A program made the translations under genes and the position numbers. From a virus, in IMG/VR virus record IMGVR_UViG_3300017774_005745, positions 64,001 to 128,000 of that record: 64,000 bases of DNA. One strand, written 5' to 3'. The notes beneath the pieces are model-generated. The model was not told where the DNA came from. It worked only from the letters and a program-made list of their open reading frames with translations, and ran no database searches. Shown one piece after another: positions 27,718 to 37,508 of this stretch; position 1 is the stretch's first letter; every line of letters begins with the position of its first letter.

Positions 27718-28206
27718 ATGCCAGCCCCTCTTTTTGAACTTGTTTCTGAGTTGCAGACCCTTCACCGCCGCGACTTCCCTGTTGCGGATGAGACGATTCT
27801 TTCCCCTCTGACCGTTCGTCCGCTTGTCGAAGGCGAATGGCTTGAACTGAACTCTTCGTACCAGCTTGCTCGCGGTGGCGACAACAACGCGGGAACTGCA
27901 GACGAAGCAACCCAGTTCAACGTGTTCCCTGTTCACACTGAGCGTGGTCGTTACGACGTTCAGGCTGTCAAGAAGGTCAACGTCCTCATGTTTGGTATGT
28001 ATGAGGCAGAGACCCAGATTGTGAATACAACCTCACTCGTAGTTGGTTCCGCCTTGACCGTTCAAGACATCACTGTAGGTGGAATTGTTCGTCGTGGTCT
28101 TGCGCTGACTGGTGCGACTGCCAGCCGTATCTTCGTTGGATACGTTTCACGAGTCATCAGCTCCACGAAGATTCGTTTCGTCCACATGACCAACGTCAAG
28201 GCGTAA
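27718..28206 (+). CDS. Capsid decoration or cement protein
   Basis: 162-aa beta-rich protein immediately upstream of the major capsid gene, the usual position for this function. Confidence 0.5.
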   Translation: MPAPLFELVSELQTLHRRDFPVADETILSPLTVRPLVEGEWLELNSSYQLARGGDNNAGTADEATQFNVFPVHTERGRYDVQAVKKVNVLMFGMYEAETQIVNTTSLVVGSALTVQDITVGGIVRRGLALTGATASRIFVGYVSRVISSTKIRFVHMTNVKA

Positions 28207-28236
28207 TAACTAACTAACTAGAAACGGAGAAAACAC

Positions 28237-29361
28237 ATGAGTGCCGTCCCAGCAAAAGTAATGAACGATCTCTTCTTCGAAAAGATCGCAACGACCGAAG
28301 GCAAGGAGAAGATTGCCGAGTTCGGTGGAACGTACATCCGAGACCGTCTGCGTGAGGTTTCGTTTGCCCGCAAGATTCTCCCACCGCAGCCCGTGCAGCG
28401 CACCGAGTGCCAGCGTTCAGTGAACCACGACACCCTGGTGAAGATCATCGACATCGAGCCAAACTCGAAGGCCGTTGCTCTTACCTTCCGTGGCCAGCCA
28501 ACCGCTCGCTTCATCCGCGCTCCTCGTTTCGAGATTCCGTTCTTCACGATCTCGTCCGAGAAGTTTGAGAAGACGGAGCAGGAACTGCTCGCCTACGAGA
28601 TGCCCATCACCAAGATCATCGAAGAGAACTCGGTGAAGGACATCCAGGAAATCGAAGACCGTCAGTTCTTGACGTTCATCGAGGCGGCTGTTCAGGCGTA
28701 CCAGCTTGATGCAAACGGCAACGTTGCCACTGCATTCAACGCCACCAACGTCATCGCGAACTCGGTTGTTGGTGCCTCTGTGGTCAAGGGTGAAGGTACC
28801 CTGGCTGCTGGTGCAAACGACTTCGTCATCTACCCAATCCTCAAGCCGGACTTCGTGAAGCTCAAGAAGCTCCTGCACCGCCGTCGCCTGCGTGCGAACC
28901 AGATGGTCATGACCGAGCCGGATTATGACGACTTGACCAACTGGACCATCCAGGATGTTGGTATGACCATCGCTGGCGAGACTGCCACTGAGGGTTGGAA
29001 GGCCAACACGGTTGTCGGTCTGAAGATCATCCGCACCATCAAGACGGACCTCCTCCGCGAAGGTAACGTCTACTGCTTCACCGCTCCTGAGTTCATGGGC
29101 CGCTTCTACATCCTGAACCAGACCAAGTTCTACATCGACAAGATTGCGAACTTGATCACCTGGCAGTCGTGGGAAGACATCGCAATCGGTATCGGTAACA
29201 TCGCATCGATTGTGAAGCTGGAGCTCTTCGGAGGTTCAGTGACCCCAGGCGCGACGGATGTTGGTTTCGCGAACCTGTTGCCGAAGGCTGAGACTGACCT
29301 CTTCGCCATCAACAACCGCGCTGACGACGGTCTTACTGTCCCAGCCGTTGACCAGTTCTAA
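28237..29361 (+). CDS. Major capsid protein (HK97 fold)
   Basis: LREVSFARKILPP N-arm/E-loop pattern, size 374 aa, strong codon bias, followed by a terminator. Confidence 0.85.
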   Translation: MSAVPAKVMNDLFFEKIATTEGKEKIAEFGGTYIRDRLREVSFARKILPPQPVQRTECQRSVNHDTLVKIIDIEPNSKAVALTFRGQPTARFIRAPRFEIPFFTISSEKFEKTEQELLAYEMPITKIIEENSVKDIQEIEDRQFLTFIEAAVQAYQLDANGNVATAFNATNVIANSVVGASVVKGEGTLAAGANDFVIYPILKPDFVKLKKLLHRRRLRANQMVMTEPDYDDLTNWTIQDVGMTIAGETATEGWKANTVVGLKIIRTIKTDLLREGNVYCFTAPEFMGRFYILNQTKFYIDKIANLITWQSWEDIAIGIGNIASIVKLELFGGSVTPGATDVGFANLLPKAETDLFAINNRADDGLTVPAVDQF

Positions 29362-29384
29362 TCAACGCTGAATCTGGTATACCT

Positions 29385-29422
29385 AGGGAGGAGGAGATTT
29401 TCTCCTCCTCCCTTTGTCTTTA
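29385..29422 (+). terminator. Intrinsic terminator after the capsid gene
   Basis: 13-bp stem AGGGAGGAGGAGA/TCTCCTCCTCCCT followed by TTGTCTTT. Confidence 0.75.
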
Positions 29423-29452
29423 AAAACCCCTACCTTCTGAACGGAGAGTACA

Positions 29453-29854
29453 ATGTCACTTGAGAAAATTGCAGCAGACTTCGGATACGAAATCGATGAG
29501 ATTGAGTCTATCGCTCAGGAGTATCTTGAGAAGATCGCAATCTCAGATGAGCTCGCGGGGCGCGCTGGAGCAGAGCGATCTGTTCGTGCGGCAGAGGCAG
29601 CCGGAGTCAAGACAAAGGGGCTCGGACAGTACTCACCAAGTAATATGCTGAAGTCGCACGCTGCCGGGATGAAGTACATGGCCAGCCCGAAGGGTCAACT
29701 TCACCTGAGGAGAGGCATGAAGGCGAATATGACGGGTGGCACGGAGCAGTACTTCAAAGGCATTGGAGATATTGCCTCTGAACGCGGCAATAAGGTTACT
29801 GGTGCTTTCGCTCGCCTCGCTGGAAAAGGCCTGAACAAGATGCTCAAGAAGTAA
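29453..29854 (+). CDS. Acidic leader + KIA + basic Gly/Ala/Lys module, putative internal head protein
   Basis: MSLEKIAAD...YLEKIA then a cationic amphipathic tail; GGAG RBS. Confidence 0.5.
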   Translation: MSLEKIAADFGYEIDEIESIAQEYLEKIAISDELAGRAGAERSVRAAEAAGVKTKGLGQYSPSNMLKSHAAGMKYMASPKGQLHLRRGMKANMTGGTEQYFKGIGDIASERGNKVTGAFARLAGKGLNKMLKK

Positions 29855-29870
29855 TCTCTTAAGGAATACA

Positions 29871-30335
29871 ATGCACACACGCACTACCATCCACCGGGGA
29901 ATGCAGTTCGGTAAGGTCCTCAATACGGCTCAGAGGACCTCTTCCCTTTTCGCAGAAGAGCCTGTCGTACTCGGAAAGGTGTTTCGACGGGGCTACCCTC
30001 CGATGGAGATTACGGATGAGCAGTACAAGAGAAACATGACTCATCTGGTACGGCTCATGAAGGCTGGCGCGATTACTATGGTACGGCAGCTCGTGCCAGA
30101 TTCGCCTGAAGATGAAGCCATCCTTCGAGGTGAGACTCCTGTCGTCACCGACACACAGCCACCTGCGCCACCAGTATCAACCACTCCAGTAGTCTCAGAA
30201 GAGGCAGAGCAGACAGAGCAAGCCCCAGAGACCGTGCAGACTGCTCCTGAGGCACCAGTTGCCCCCGTAGCTCCGTCAGCCCCCGTTGAAGAGGTTCCAG
30301 AGGTCTCGAAGAACAAGAAAGGCAAGAACAAGTGA
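29871..30335 (+). CDS. Hypothetical virion-associated protein with P/E/A-rich tail
   Basis: Operon position downstream of the capsid gene; AAGGA RBS. Confidence 0.55.
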   Translation: MHTRTTIHRGMQFGKVLNTAQRTSSLFAEEPVVLGKVFRRGYPPMEITDEQYKRNMTHLVRLMKAGAITMVRQLVPDSPEDEAILRGETPVVTDTQPPAPPVSTTPVVSEEAEQTEQAPETVQTAPEAPVAPVAPSAPVEEVPEVSKNKKGKNK

Positions 30336-30655
30336 GAGTGTTCAATCTGACACCGCAGTCTCTCGTCTACAGAGGCCGTTCGATTCCTCCGTATGGGTCT
30401 GAGGAAATCGCTGTTGCATTCATTCCAAACAGAGACCTGGCTCTTCAGAAGGCCGGAGTTCTTTCGTTTGGCTCTCTACCCAATGGTTGGAAGCCGCCAG
30501 AACCAAAGCCGGAGCCGCTTCAACAGGCTGCTACTCTTTTGAAGGAGTTCATCAAGGCGGAGTTGGCTGCTCCTGGTATTCTTCGAGAGGCATTCCCAGC
30601 CGAAGAAGTACAGATTGCTGATAAGCTCGACACGTCCTTCAAGAAGAAGAAGTGA
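30332..30655 (+). CDS. Hypothetical virion-associated protein (107 aa)
   Basis: GTGA overlap with the upstream stop. Confidence 0.55.
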   Translation: MRVFNLTPQSLVYRGRSIPPYGSEEIAVAFIPNRDLALQKAGVLSFGSLPNGWKPPEPKPEPLQQAATLLKEFIKAELAAPGILREAFPAEEVQIADKLDTSFKKKK

Positions 30656-30665
30656 GGGTCCGACT

Positions 30666-32438
30666 ATGATTAAGGCCAGAGGCGTTTATTTGATCCTGTT
30701 GGTGGGTCTCTTCGCATACGCGAATCCGACGCCATCTCCGCCGTCAGACGCAACAGCAACCAAAAGAGGTTTGGTCAACACCACATCTCAGACGTTCTCT
30801 GGCCTTAAGACCTATGTCGATGGCGGCATCATTGCCGACCTTCGAACTGGTTCTACTTTCGAAGGGAATCCTATCCTTACTGGATTCTCAGATGGCGGTT
30901 CTTCCTTCATTACCTCGACGACGCCTATTATCAATGGCAGGTCGTTTGAGACTACCGGCTCGCTAAATTTGTTTGTGAACGGGGAACTGGGAAACGACAA
31001 CAACGATTGTACAGATGGCGGACCGTTCGCCTGTGCCACTATCTCCGGTGCGCTCTTTCGGACACCCCGCGAAATACAGCACACTACGATTATCACTACC
31101 CAAGGTCTTTCTGACGGAGGCGTCCTCGACTACGCCGGGTTCCTGTTGGACCCGAGCTTCAGATTTCGACTCGACTCGGGTATCACGACGACTGCGCTAC
31201 TGACCATCCGTGGGACGTTGGGGCCTGCCATTCTCGACTCGGGCACTGGCGGCTACGGGACCAGCCCCATCGTGCAAGCAGCGTGGGGGGACTGGGATGC
31301 TGGAGGCGGATCGACTGATGGAGGCCTCGTTCAAGACGACTTCAACTACGCCTCGTTCGGTGTGCCCGACGCAGGTTGGACACCGGGCGACCTGCGCGGG
31401 CGGTTCGCCCGCTTCAATCGAAGTGATGGTGGCACGTCCGCGTTCGTCCCCATCTTCGACAATTCATCCGATCGCATCTTCCCGGTCTTCCAGCAGACGA
31501 GCACGAACTACACGGGCGGGTTCTACGAGAACTTCGACATTGTAGAGCCGAAGACTCGAATCACGACGGCGCGGCCGGGGTCGACGTCTGAGCTCATCCG
31601 CGTCCACCCGGTGCGACAGTCGCTTCCGAGCATCACCATTAGTTGGCATGATATCGCTCCGGTCGGTTCACTCACTATCAACATCGCAGGCGGCGGCGTC
31701 ACCTTCGTCAACGACCGAATCAACTGGGGGCCTGTCGACCTCATTAACATCAGCGGCTACGGCTCTGCGGTGTCTATCAGCGGCTCGGTGGCGCGGACTA
31801 CAGGAGGCGGCCGCTACCTTCTCGCTGACTCGGCTATCGGGACTAGCGTGTCCTTCCTCACCAGCCTCTTCTACGGGACCGCCAAGCAACTGCTCGTGCG
31901 AGCGGGCGGGAACGGAGGTGTCTGGAGCGTCTCAAGCAGCACCATTCTCAACCTCGCCTCGCTCTGGACAGTGACGTCGGTAGTTGGCAACGACTCTCAC
32001 CTCAACGTTCAGAACAACCGCTTCATCACGATGACCTACCCCATCTACGTCGCCTCTTACACTGGTGGCCCTGCGACGCTGCAAGCGCAGCGCAACGTGT
32101 TCGACAACGTCACCGAGAGCGCCATTACCCTCTCGGGCTCTGTTCGAATGTTCGTCAACTACTCGAACAACCAAGTCGGCAGCCACACGAGGAACGTCGG
32201 TCGCTACGGCATCGAGGTGTACAACGGGGCTTGGGGCGTCTGGGACAATCGCATCTTCGGTGGCGGTGTCGGTAGTGGCCCGACAGGAAATCTGGGCGAC
32301 CTCTACATCGAAGGGGTCGGCGTGTTTCCGGGGACGACGCTCCAAGACGCGAACCAGTACCCGTCGTATCCGCAAGGCCGCAACTGCATCGTCAACCTCA
32401 GCACCGGCTCGCGCATCTGCTCGGGCGGCGGGAACTAA
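30666..32438 (+). CDS. Signal-peptide-bearing protein with C-terminal right-handed beta-helix (pectin-lyase-like)
   Basis: MIKARGVYLILLVGLFAYA N-terminus; repeated Asn/Gly beta-strand ladders (NNRF, RNVFDN, YSNNQV, WDNRIFG); many DGG/DAG/DSG tripeptides. Confidence 0.55.
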   Translation: MIKARGVYLILLVGLFAYANPTPSPPSDATATKRGLVNTTSQTFSGLKTYVDGGIIADLRTGSTFEGNPILTGFSDGGSSFITSTTPIINGRSFETTGSLNLFVNGELGNDNNDCTDGGPFACATISGALFRTPREIQHTTIITTQGLSDGGVLDYAGFLLDPSFRFRLDSGITTTALLTIRGTLGPAILDSGTGGYGTSPIVQAAWGDWDAGGGSTDGGLVQDDFNYASFGVPDAGWTPGDLRGRFARFNRSDGGTSAFVPIFDNSSDRIFPVFQQTSTNYTGGFYENFDIVEPKTRITTARPGSTSELIRVHPVRQSLPSITISWHDIAPVGSLTINIAGGGVTFVNDRINWGPVDLINISGYGSAVSISGSVARTTGGGRYLLADSAIGTSVSFLTSLFYGTAKQLLVRAGGNGGVWSVSSSTILNLASLWTVTSVVGNDSHLNVQNNRFITMTYPIYVASYTGGPATLQAQRNVFDNVTESAITLSGSVRMFVNYSNNQVGSHTRNVGRYGIEVYNGAWGVWDNRIFGGGVGSGPTGNLGDLYIEGVGVFPGTTLQDANQYPSYPQGRNCIVNLSTGSRICSGGGN

Positions 32439-32439
32439 C

Positions 32440-32730
32440 ATGCGCCGAACACTCCTCGTCTTCGCCATCCTCTTCGCGGCTGTTGCATTGGGCCAGTCAC
32501 TCCTCGGCGTGCTGTTTCAGTTGGGCGCGCCCGTCAGCACACCGACCTGCGCGGTATCCACCGTCAACACCCTCTACGCCGCAAATGGCGGAGCGGGTCA
32601 AGGGGCATCAAAACTCTGTGTGTGTCGCTCTGATGGTGCAGCGACTCCTGCATATCAGTGGTGCAGTTTAACGTTTTCTGGTGCTGCTACTGTCGTATGC
32701 GCAGGTGGCTCAACTACTGTATGCCCGTGA
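32440..32730 (+). CDS. Small secreted Cys-rich protein (96 aa)
   Basis: MRRTLLVFAILFAAVALG signal-like N-terminus and six Cys; start 1 nt after the upstream stop. Confidence 0.6.
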   Translation: MRRTLLVFAILFAAVALGQSLLGVLFQLGAPVSTPTCAVSTVNTLYAANGGAGQGASKLCVCRSDGAATPAYQWCSLTFSGAATVVCAGGSTTVCP

Positions 32731-32767
32731 ACTTCTATTGATGGCTAACGAAATACAGTGAGGACTC

Positions 32768-33817
32768 ATGGCAACTCCAATCACATGGGCTCTATATGAC
32801 AATGCAGGGGCTCCTCTCCTTGGAGCTACTCCGACCTTTGTCGATTTCTGTCTAAGGAACGGAACAGTCGTATCTCCTGCGCCAACCATCATTGAGCTCG
32901 GAGGAGGTCTCTACGGTTTCCAACCAACAGACCAACACGAGCAACAGGGTATCTGTTACCTCATCAACTCAGGAGCAGGCGCAAACCCATCGAGACTCGC
33001 AGGTGGGATTGGTCTCTCAAGCATTCCATTCTCCGTATGGTTCCTGGAAGATTCCGGTAATGCCCTTTGGACGGGTGCTCCTCCAACCATCACAGCAGGC
33101 AATTACAGGACGCTGACCTCTACTCTCACTGCTCCTGCGATTGTTGCTGCAAGGTCTTACCTCTTCTCTCTCACGCCTCCTGCGGCCGAGTCAGCGCTTG
33201 GCGTTACTTTCCTTGCCAATTCTCCAGTAGGTGCTTTCCCAGACTTCATTCAAGACACCATCACAGCAACTCCGCTTCCTGTCTCAACGACGGCAACACT
33301 GGTCACTACGAGCGGTGGTGCAGGTTCTACCGGAGGAACAGGAGACGGGATTCCAAGTGCGGAGCTTGAGCTCAATGCATTCGTAGCCCAGGTTCGGGCG
33401 TTCATGCGTGACTATCCTGAGCTCAATAGACTCATTGCCGGAGAAGAGTCTTCAAATCGCCAAATCGTCTGGGCTGTCTTCGATGCTCTCGACGACTACA
33501 ACTCAACTCCGCCTTTCTCTGGGAATACCATTCGAACTTTCCCTTCCAAGAGCCTCCTGGTTCGTGCGACAGTGTTGAGTCTTTTGGAGTCGATTGGCCT
33601 GCTTCAGACGCGAAATCAGCTCTCATTCTCTGACGGTGGACTCCAGGTAGGAGTCAGTGATAAAACACCGTTCATACAATCTTGGATTCAACTCTTCAGA
33701 AACTCCTACGAAGAGAAGAAAATGCGGATGAAGGTTGCCATCAACATCGAATCAGCCTGGGGTGGCGGTATCAACTCTGAGTTCCGCTTCATCAATAACT
33801 TCTACGGAGAATGGTGA
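32768..33817 (+). CDS. Head-tail adaptor (neck) protein with two N-terminal beta-sandwich-like repeats
   Basis: C-terminal helical domain (FVAQVRAFMRD...QIVWAVFDALDDYNSTPP...) typical of adaptors; duplicated N-terminal unit and G/S/T linker. Confidence 0.55.
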   Translation: MATPITWALYDNAGAPLLGATPTFVDFCLRNGTVVSPAPTIIELGGGLYGFQPTDQHEQQGICYLINSGAGANPSRLAGGIGLSSIPFSVWFLEDSGNALWTGAPPTITAGNYRTLTSTLTAPAIVAARSYLFSLTPPAAESALGVTFLANSPVGAFPDFIQDTITATPLPVSTTATLVTTSGGAGSTGGTGDGIPSAELELNAFVAQVRAFMRDYPELNRLIAGEESSNRQIVWAVFDALDDYNSTPPFSGNTIRTFPSKSLLVRATVLSLLESIGLLQTRNQLSFSDGGLQVGVSDKTPFIQSWIQLFRNSYEEKKMRMKVAINIESAWGGGINSEFRFINNFYGEW

Positions 33818-33826
33818 GGATACATC

Positions 33827-33970
33827 ATGGCGGTCGCTCTCAAGTCTCGAACCTTTAGCAGCATGCAGCAACTGAACGCATTTGCTGCGGCTGTTCCGAA
33901 CAACGTCACCACTGTTGTTCAAATCGTCCACGACGCTTCCAGCGGTAAGTGGGTTCTCTTCTACACCTAA
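33827..33970 (+). CDS. Small protein (47 aa, MAVALKSRTFSS...KWVLFYT), absent from the ORF track
   Basis: GAGGA RBS; exactly fills the gap between two genes. Confidence 0.65.
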   Translation: MAVALKSRTFSSMQQLNAFAAAVPNNVTTVVQIVHDASSGKWVLFYT

Positions 33971-33979
33971 GAGGCACAG

Positions 33980-34744
33980 ATGGTCTCCAAGTCCGCTGGG
34001 CTTAAAGATGTCGCAAAGGCCGGTATTCAAAGCGCCATCGATTACGTCAAGAACAACCCCCATGACCTTGCTGGAATGGTGGGAGGTGCTGCACTTGCCT
34101 CTCTCGGTACTTATCTGGCTAGCCGTCCTGGTAAGGGCGGTCGTTCTATTGACCAGGGAAAAGCCGCCCCACGACTGAAGGCTAAGAAAGACGAAAGCTT
34201 CGTAAGTGGGATGGGACGTATTGTTTCGAACACAAGAGATGACATTGCAGACCTCGCCGCCAAACATCCATTCTCTGCTGCTCTCTCTTCTGTTCCCGCA
34301 GGTGCCGCTTTTGGGAAGATGGTTGCAGGAAAAATCAAAGGAGCCTCTATGAACTCAGACCTTGAGAAGTTCGCTGAAGCGTACGGCCGTGAGATGGCTC
34401 AGAAGCAACAAAAGACCTATGATACTCTCACAGAGTCTCTGATGAAGATGGCATCTCTCGGAGAGCTCGCTGGCCAGGCTGGAAAGGCCATCATGAACTC
34501 GAAGGCAGGAACTCGTGCAGGAGTTGGTGCAGCCATCGGTGGTGCCAAGTACCTCATGAGCAACGACCCGAACAAGGGCGTTGGGACACTTGCTGCTGAT
34601 GTTGGTGGTGGCGCTCTCGCAGGGCTCGGCGCGAAGAGAGGCGTATCCGCTCTGGCAAATGCTGCGAAGACAAACAGCAATGAGCACATCAAGAACTTTG
34701 GCCAGGAGATGGTCAAGGGAATGCGCTCCAAGTCTGGAGCCTAA
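33980..34744 (+). CDS. Glycine-zipper putative internal or ejection protein with K-x-A motifs
   Basis: GMVGGAALASLG, AGVGAAIGGA, VGGGALAGLG; KSAG, KFAE, KMAS. Confidence 0.5.
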   Translation: MVSKSAGLKDVAKAGIQSAIDYVKNNPHDLAGMVGGAALASLGTYLASRPGKGGRSIDQGKAAPRLKAKKDESFVSGMGRIVSNTRDDIADLAAKHPFSAALSSVPAGAAFGKMVAGKIKGASMNSDLEKFAEAYGREMAQKQQKTYDTLTESLMKMASLGELAGQAGKAIMNSKAGTRAGVGAAIGGAKYLMSNDPNKGVGTLAADVGGGALAGLGAKRGVSALANAAKTNSNEHIKNFGQEMVKGMRSKSGA

Positions 34745-34746
34745 TC

Positions 34747-35211
34747 TTGAACTCCTTCCACCTATCAGTGTCCTCTTTGTTCCTCTCTCTGAAGGACTCC
34801 CTCCTAGGTGCAGGTGCGTCCGTTGTGCGAGAGCAATCAGTGGTTGACGCCACCTTTGAGCTCGATAGTGCGTTTGTGCGTCTTCGAATGAAAGACTTTG
34901 GGCTCGTTAAAGCGATTCAACTCAGTGTCGGCCCGAACGAAGAGCGGCTCTCGATGGAGGACAGAGATCCCAGGTACTGTTTTCCATTCCTCGTAGACGC
35001 ACCAGCTGATGAAGTGTCTTTGAACACTCACTGGAGTTCTGAGTCCCGGATCCTGGGTCTTGTCATCAGCGGCGGCGACTCTAAGAAGTACAAAGGAACT
35101 ATTGATACCTACTCAAAGTCTTTCGTACTCGTTCACTTCGACCCAGTGAATCCTCATGTCGAGGGTGACTTCTTTTCGGCGGGAATTCAATTCATGAGAT
35201 GCGGAGCGTAA
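34747..35211 (+). CDS. Hypothetical protein (154 aa)
   Basis: TTG start after GGAG; fills the operon gap. Confidence 0.55.
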   Translation: MNSFHLSVSSLFLSLKDSLLGAGASVVREQSVVDATFELDSAFVRLRMKDFGLVKAIQLSVGPNEERLSMEDRDPRYCFPFLVDAPADEVSLNTHWSSESRILGLVISGGDSKKYKGTIDTYSKSFVLVHFDPVNPHVEGDFFSAGIQFMRCGA

Positions 35212-35218
35212 GTGTACC

Positions 35219-36949
35219 GTGGCAGACAGACTCCCCATCGATGCAAACGTGATTGGGTATTGGGGATTCGACGAGTCCCTTGAGACTGACATTGCCCTCG
35301 ACGAGTCTTCGTACTCTCGAAACCTCACAGTAACTTCATCCCCCTCCATCGTTCTCGGCAGAGTAGGAAACGCCAGGTCGTTTAACGGCTCTTCTTCTTT
35401 TGCCTCTCCTGCGAGCTCTGCGCCTTTTAGAATTACGGGCGTACTGACGCTGGTATCGTGGGTCAGGCTCACGAACTACAACTCGGGTGGCAGCACGCTG
35501 AGCACTATTGTCTCGTGCGGCGGCCCACTCACTTCAGACAATCTGCTGTACGGCCTCTACGTCGACCTCAGTGGTCGAGTTGTCTACAAGCACGACTCTG
35601 CCTCTGGAGTGGTCGTTGTTCGAACCCCTGCTTCCTCGATCAAGACTGGTCAGATTTACAGCATCTCGATGACAAGGTCGGTCTCCGGACCTAATCAACT
35701 CATCGACATCTACATCGACGGAGTCTCGAAGACACTTGAGGTGACCGTCAACGGCTCTCCTTCCTCTCTTCCAGTACCGCCCCCTCTCTCTAATGCCTCC
35801 GCCTCTCTGAACATTGGTAGGTCTTTGAGAGAGACTGACTCTGCGTACCTGGATGGGTCGCTGGATGAGATTTCCATCCACGATATTGCACGGTCTGCGC
35901 AGCCGTACCTTCTCGAAGCGTACTTTCGAATCGCACTCAGCAACGACTTGAGTCGACTCACCTACTTCGACAACATTCTCTCTATCTCGTCATATGAGAT
36001 GAATGCGGGCGTTCGTTGGTGGGCGTATGAGAGAGACAAAGACCTCTACGTAGTCAAAGAGTCTCCCTTCGGGAACTTCCTCCCAGAGGTCAGACTCACG
36101 ACGGTAGGAGGAGGAGCTGCCTCGCTAACAACGAAGCCGGAGCTCTTCTACGATGAGACGACTGATACTCTCTACGTGTTCTTCGCTTCCGGAAATCGCA
36201 TATTCAAGCTGACTGCGCAGTCTACTGATGACGCAGCCACCATCAACATGCCATTTACGGCAGACACGGGTGGCATCATCAAGACGGTTGATAACGTCGA
36301 AGGCGGGAGATTCGGAAAGGGGGGTCCCGTTGACTTCACATTCCCTTTCTCGACTATTGATAGACAACCGGTGAAGCTAGGTCACACAGAGCCAACCGTC
36401 TCTTTCGGATTCGGAGGCTCACAAGACCTAAGCATTACGTCTTCTCCTGTTGCTCCCAGTATCGCATTTGGGTCTTCTCCTACTCTCGGTTTTGGAGTAG
36501 TTATTGGCGCGTCTTCTATGGTCGGCATCTCTGGATTCCGACTCTTCGATAGCTCTGGACAGCGCACCGTTCTGCTGACCTCTCCAGTACGGATTCCAAA
36601 TGATGGCCGTTTCTTCGTCGCTATTCCATCTCGTATTGCTGGAACGAGATACACTGCAGAGACCTTAGGACAGTTCGGACGTCCTACGAGGGCGTTCTCG
36701 AACACCATAGAAGACCGCCTCACTTCTTCTATTGACCGTTTCCCTCTTATCTCTATTGGAGATAGCTTCGACGGGCAGGAGCCGGTCCAAGCCGGGTTTG
36801 GAGGTTCTAACCAAACCTTCATAGACATCTCTTACATCAATAGAACTCCGGTTAAGTTCGCGTTTCAAGAAGAATCTCCCTCCCTAGGCCAAGGAGGAGG
36901 ACTCTCTGGGTCAATCTCATCAACGGGAAGAGGGAGCGTAGTGATATGA
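35219..36949 (+). CDS. Virion surface or fibre protein with N-terminal LamG/concanavalin-A-like domain
   Basis: IGYWGFDE...G.VGNARSFNG...TLVSWV...YIDG...LDGSLDEISI pattern; duplicated C-terminal motif (FGxGG...I(D/N)RxPVK). Confidence 0.75.
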   Translation: MADRLPIDANVIGYWGFDESLETDIALDESSYSRNLTVTSSPSIVLGRVGNARSFNGSSSFASPASSAPFRITGVLTLVSWVRLTNYNSGGSTLSTIVSCGGPLTSDNLLYGLYVDLSGRVVYKHDSASGVVVVRTPASSIKTGQIYSISMTRSVSGPNQLIDIYIDGVSKTLEVTVNGSPSSLPVPPPLSNASASLNIGRSLRETDSAYLDGSLDEISIHDIARSAQPYLLEAYFRIALSNDLSRLTYFDNILSISSYEMNAGVRWWAYERDKDLYVVKESPFGNFLPEVRLTTVGGGAASLTTKPELFYDETTDTLYVFFASGNRIFKLTAQSTDDAATINMPFTADTGGIIKTVDNVEGGRFGKGGPVDFTFPFSTIDRQPVKLGHTEPTVSFGFGGSQDLSITSSPVAPSIAFGSSPTLGFGVVIGASSMVGISGFRLFDSSGQRTVLLTSPVRIPNDGRFFVAIPSRIAGTRYTAETLGQFGRPTRAFSNTIEDRLTSSIDRFPLISIGDSFDGQEPVQAGFGGSNQTFIDISYINRTPVKFAFQEESPSLGQGGGLSGSISSTGRGSVVI

Positions 36950-37497
36950 GCTATAAAGTCGAAGAGGTCACCAATCAGGTCCTCCCTCCCTTCTTGAATG
37001 CAAGGAAGACTCTCGCCGTTCCTGGTGGTCTGCAGATTCGAGGAGAGTTTGAGATTGTCTGTAGAGAGGCTAACGGCGAGGACGTTTGGTCAGTTAAGCA
37101 ACCGAACCTACTGACAGACTATGGTCGTCGGTTTTGGATGGAGAACCGCTATTCGAGCGCGAGGATTGCCTTCTCTCAGTCTACCGAGCCTCCGAACTCT
37201 ACGAGATACGCCATTACCTGTGATGCGTCTAACTCACTCGCATTTACATCAGTCGGACTAGCGCCTACTAATGATGTTGTTACGTTTACAAAAACGTTCT
37301 CTACTACGTTCCCTTCTCCTCCTCCTGTGACTCGTACATTGGGCTCTATTCTACTCTGTACGGCGTCCACTAACCTCGATACCAATCTTGGAATCTACGG
37401 AGTATGCGCGTACGCTGTGCTCACTCCTGCGAAGACACAGACAACCACTCAAACACTTGAGGTTGTTTACCGTCTTTCGATGACACCAATCTCTTAA
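36946..37497 (+). CDS. Putative tail-fibre anchor or baseplate-associated protein
   Basis: NLLTDYGR motif as in fibre N-terminal domains; ATGA overlap. Confidence 0.4.
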   Translation: MSYKVEEVTNQVLPPFLNARKTLAVPGGLQIRGEFEIVCREANGEDVWSVKQPNLLTDYGRRFWMENRYSSARIAFSQSTEPPNSTRYAITCDASNSLAFTSVGLAPTNDVVTFTKTFSTTFPSPPPVTRTLGSILLCTASTNLDTNLGIYGVCAYAVLTPAKTQTTTQTLEVVYRLSMTPIS

Positions 37498-37508
37498 GGA
37501 ATGCTATC

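Noticed and set aside
28237-29361. Encapsulin shell protein
   Set aside because: HK97-like fold is shared, but the context (portal, terminase, protease, neck, tail) indicates a phage capsid.
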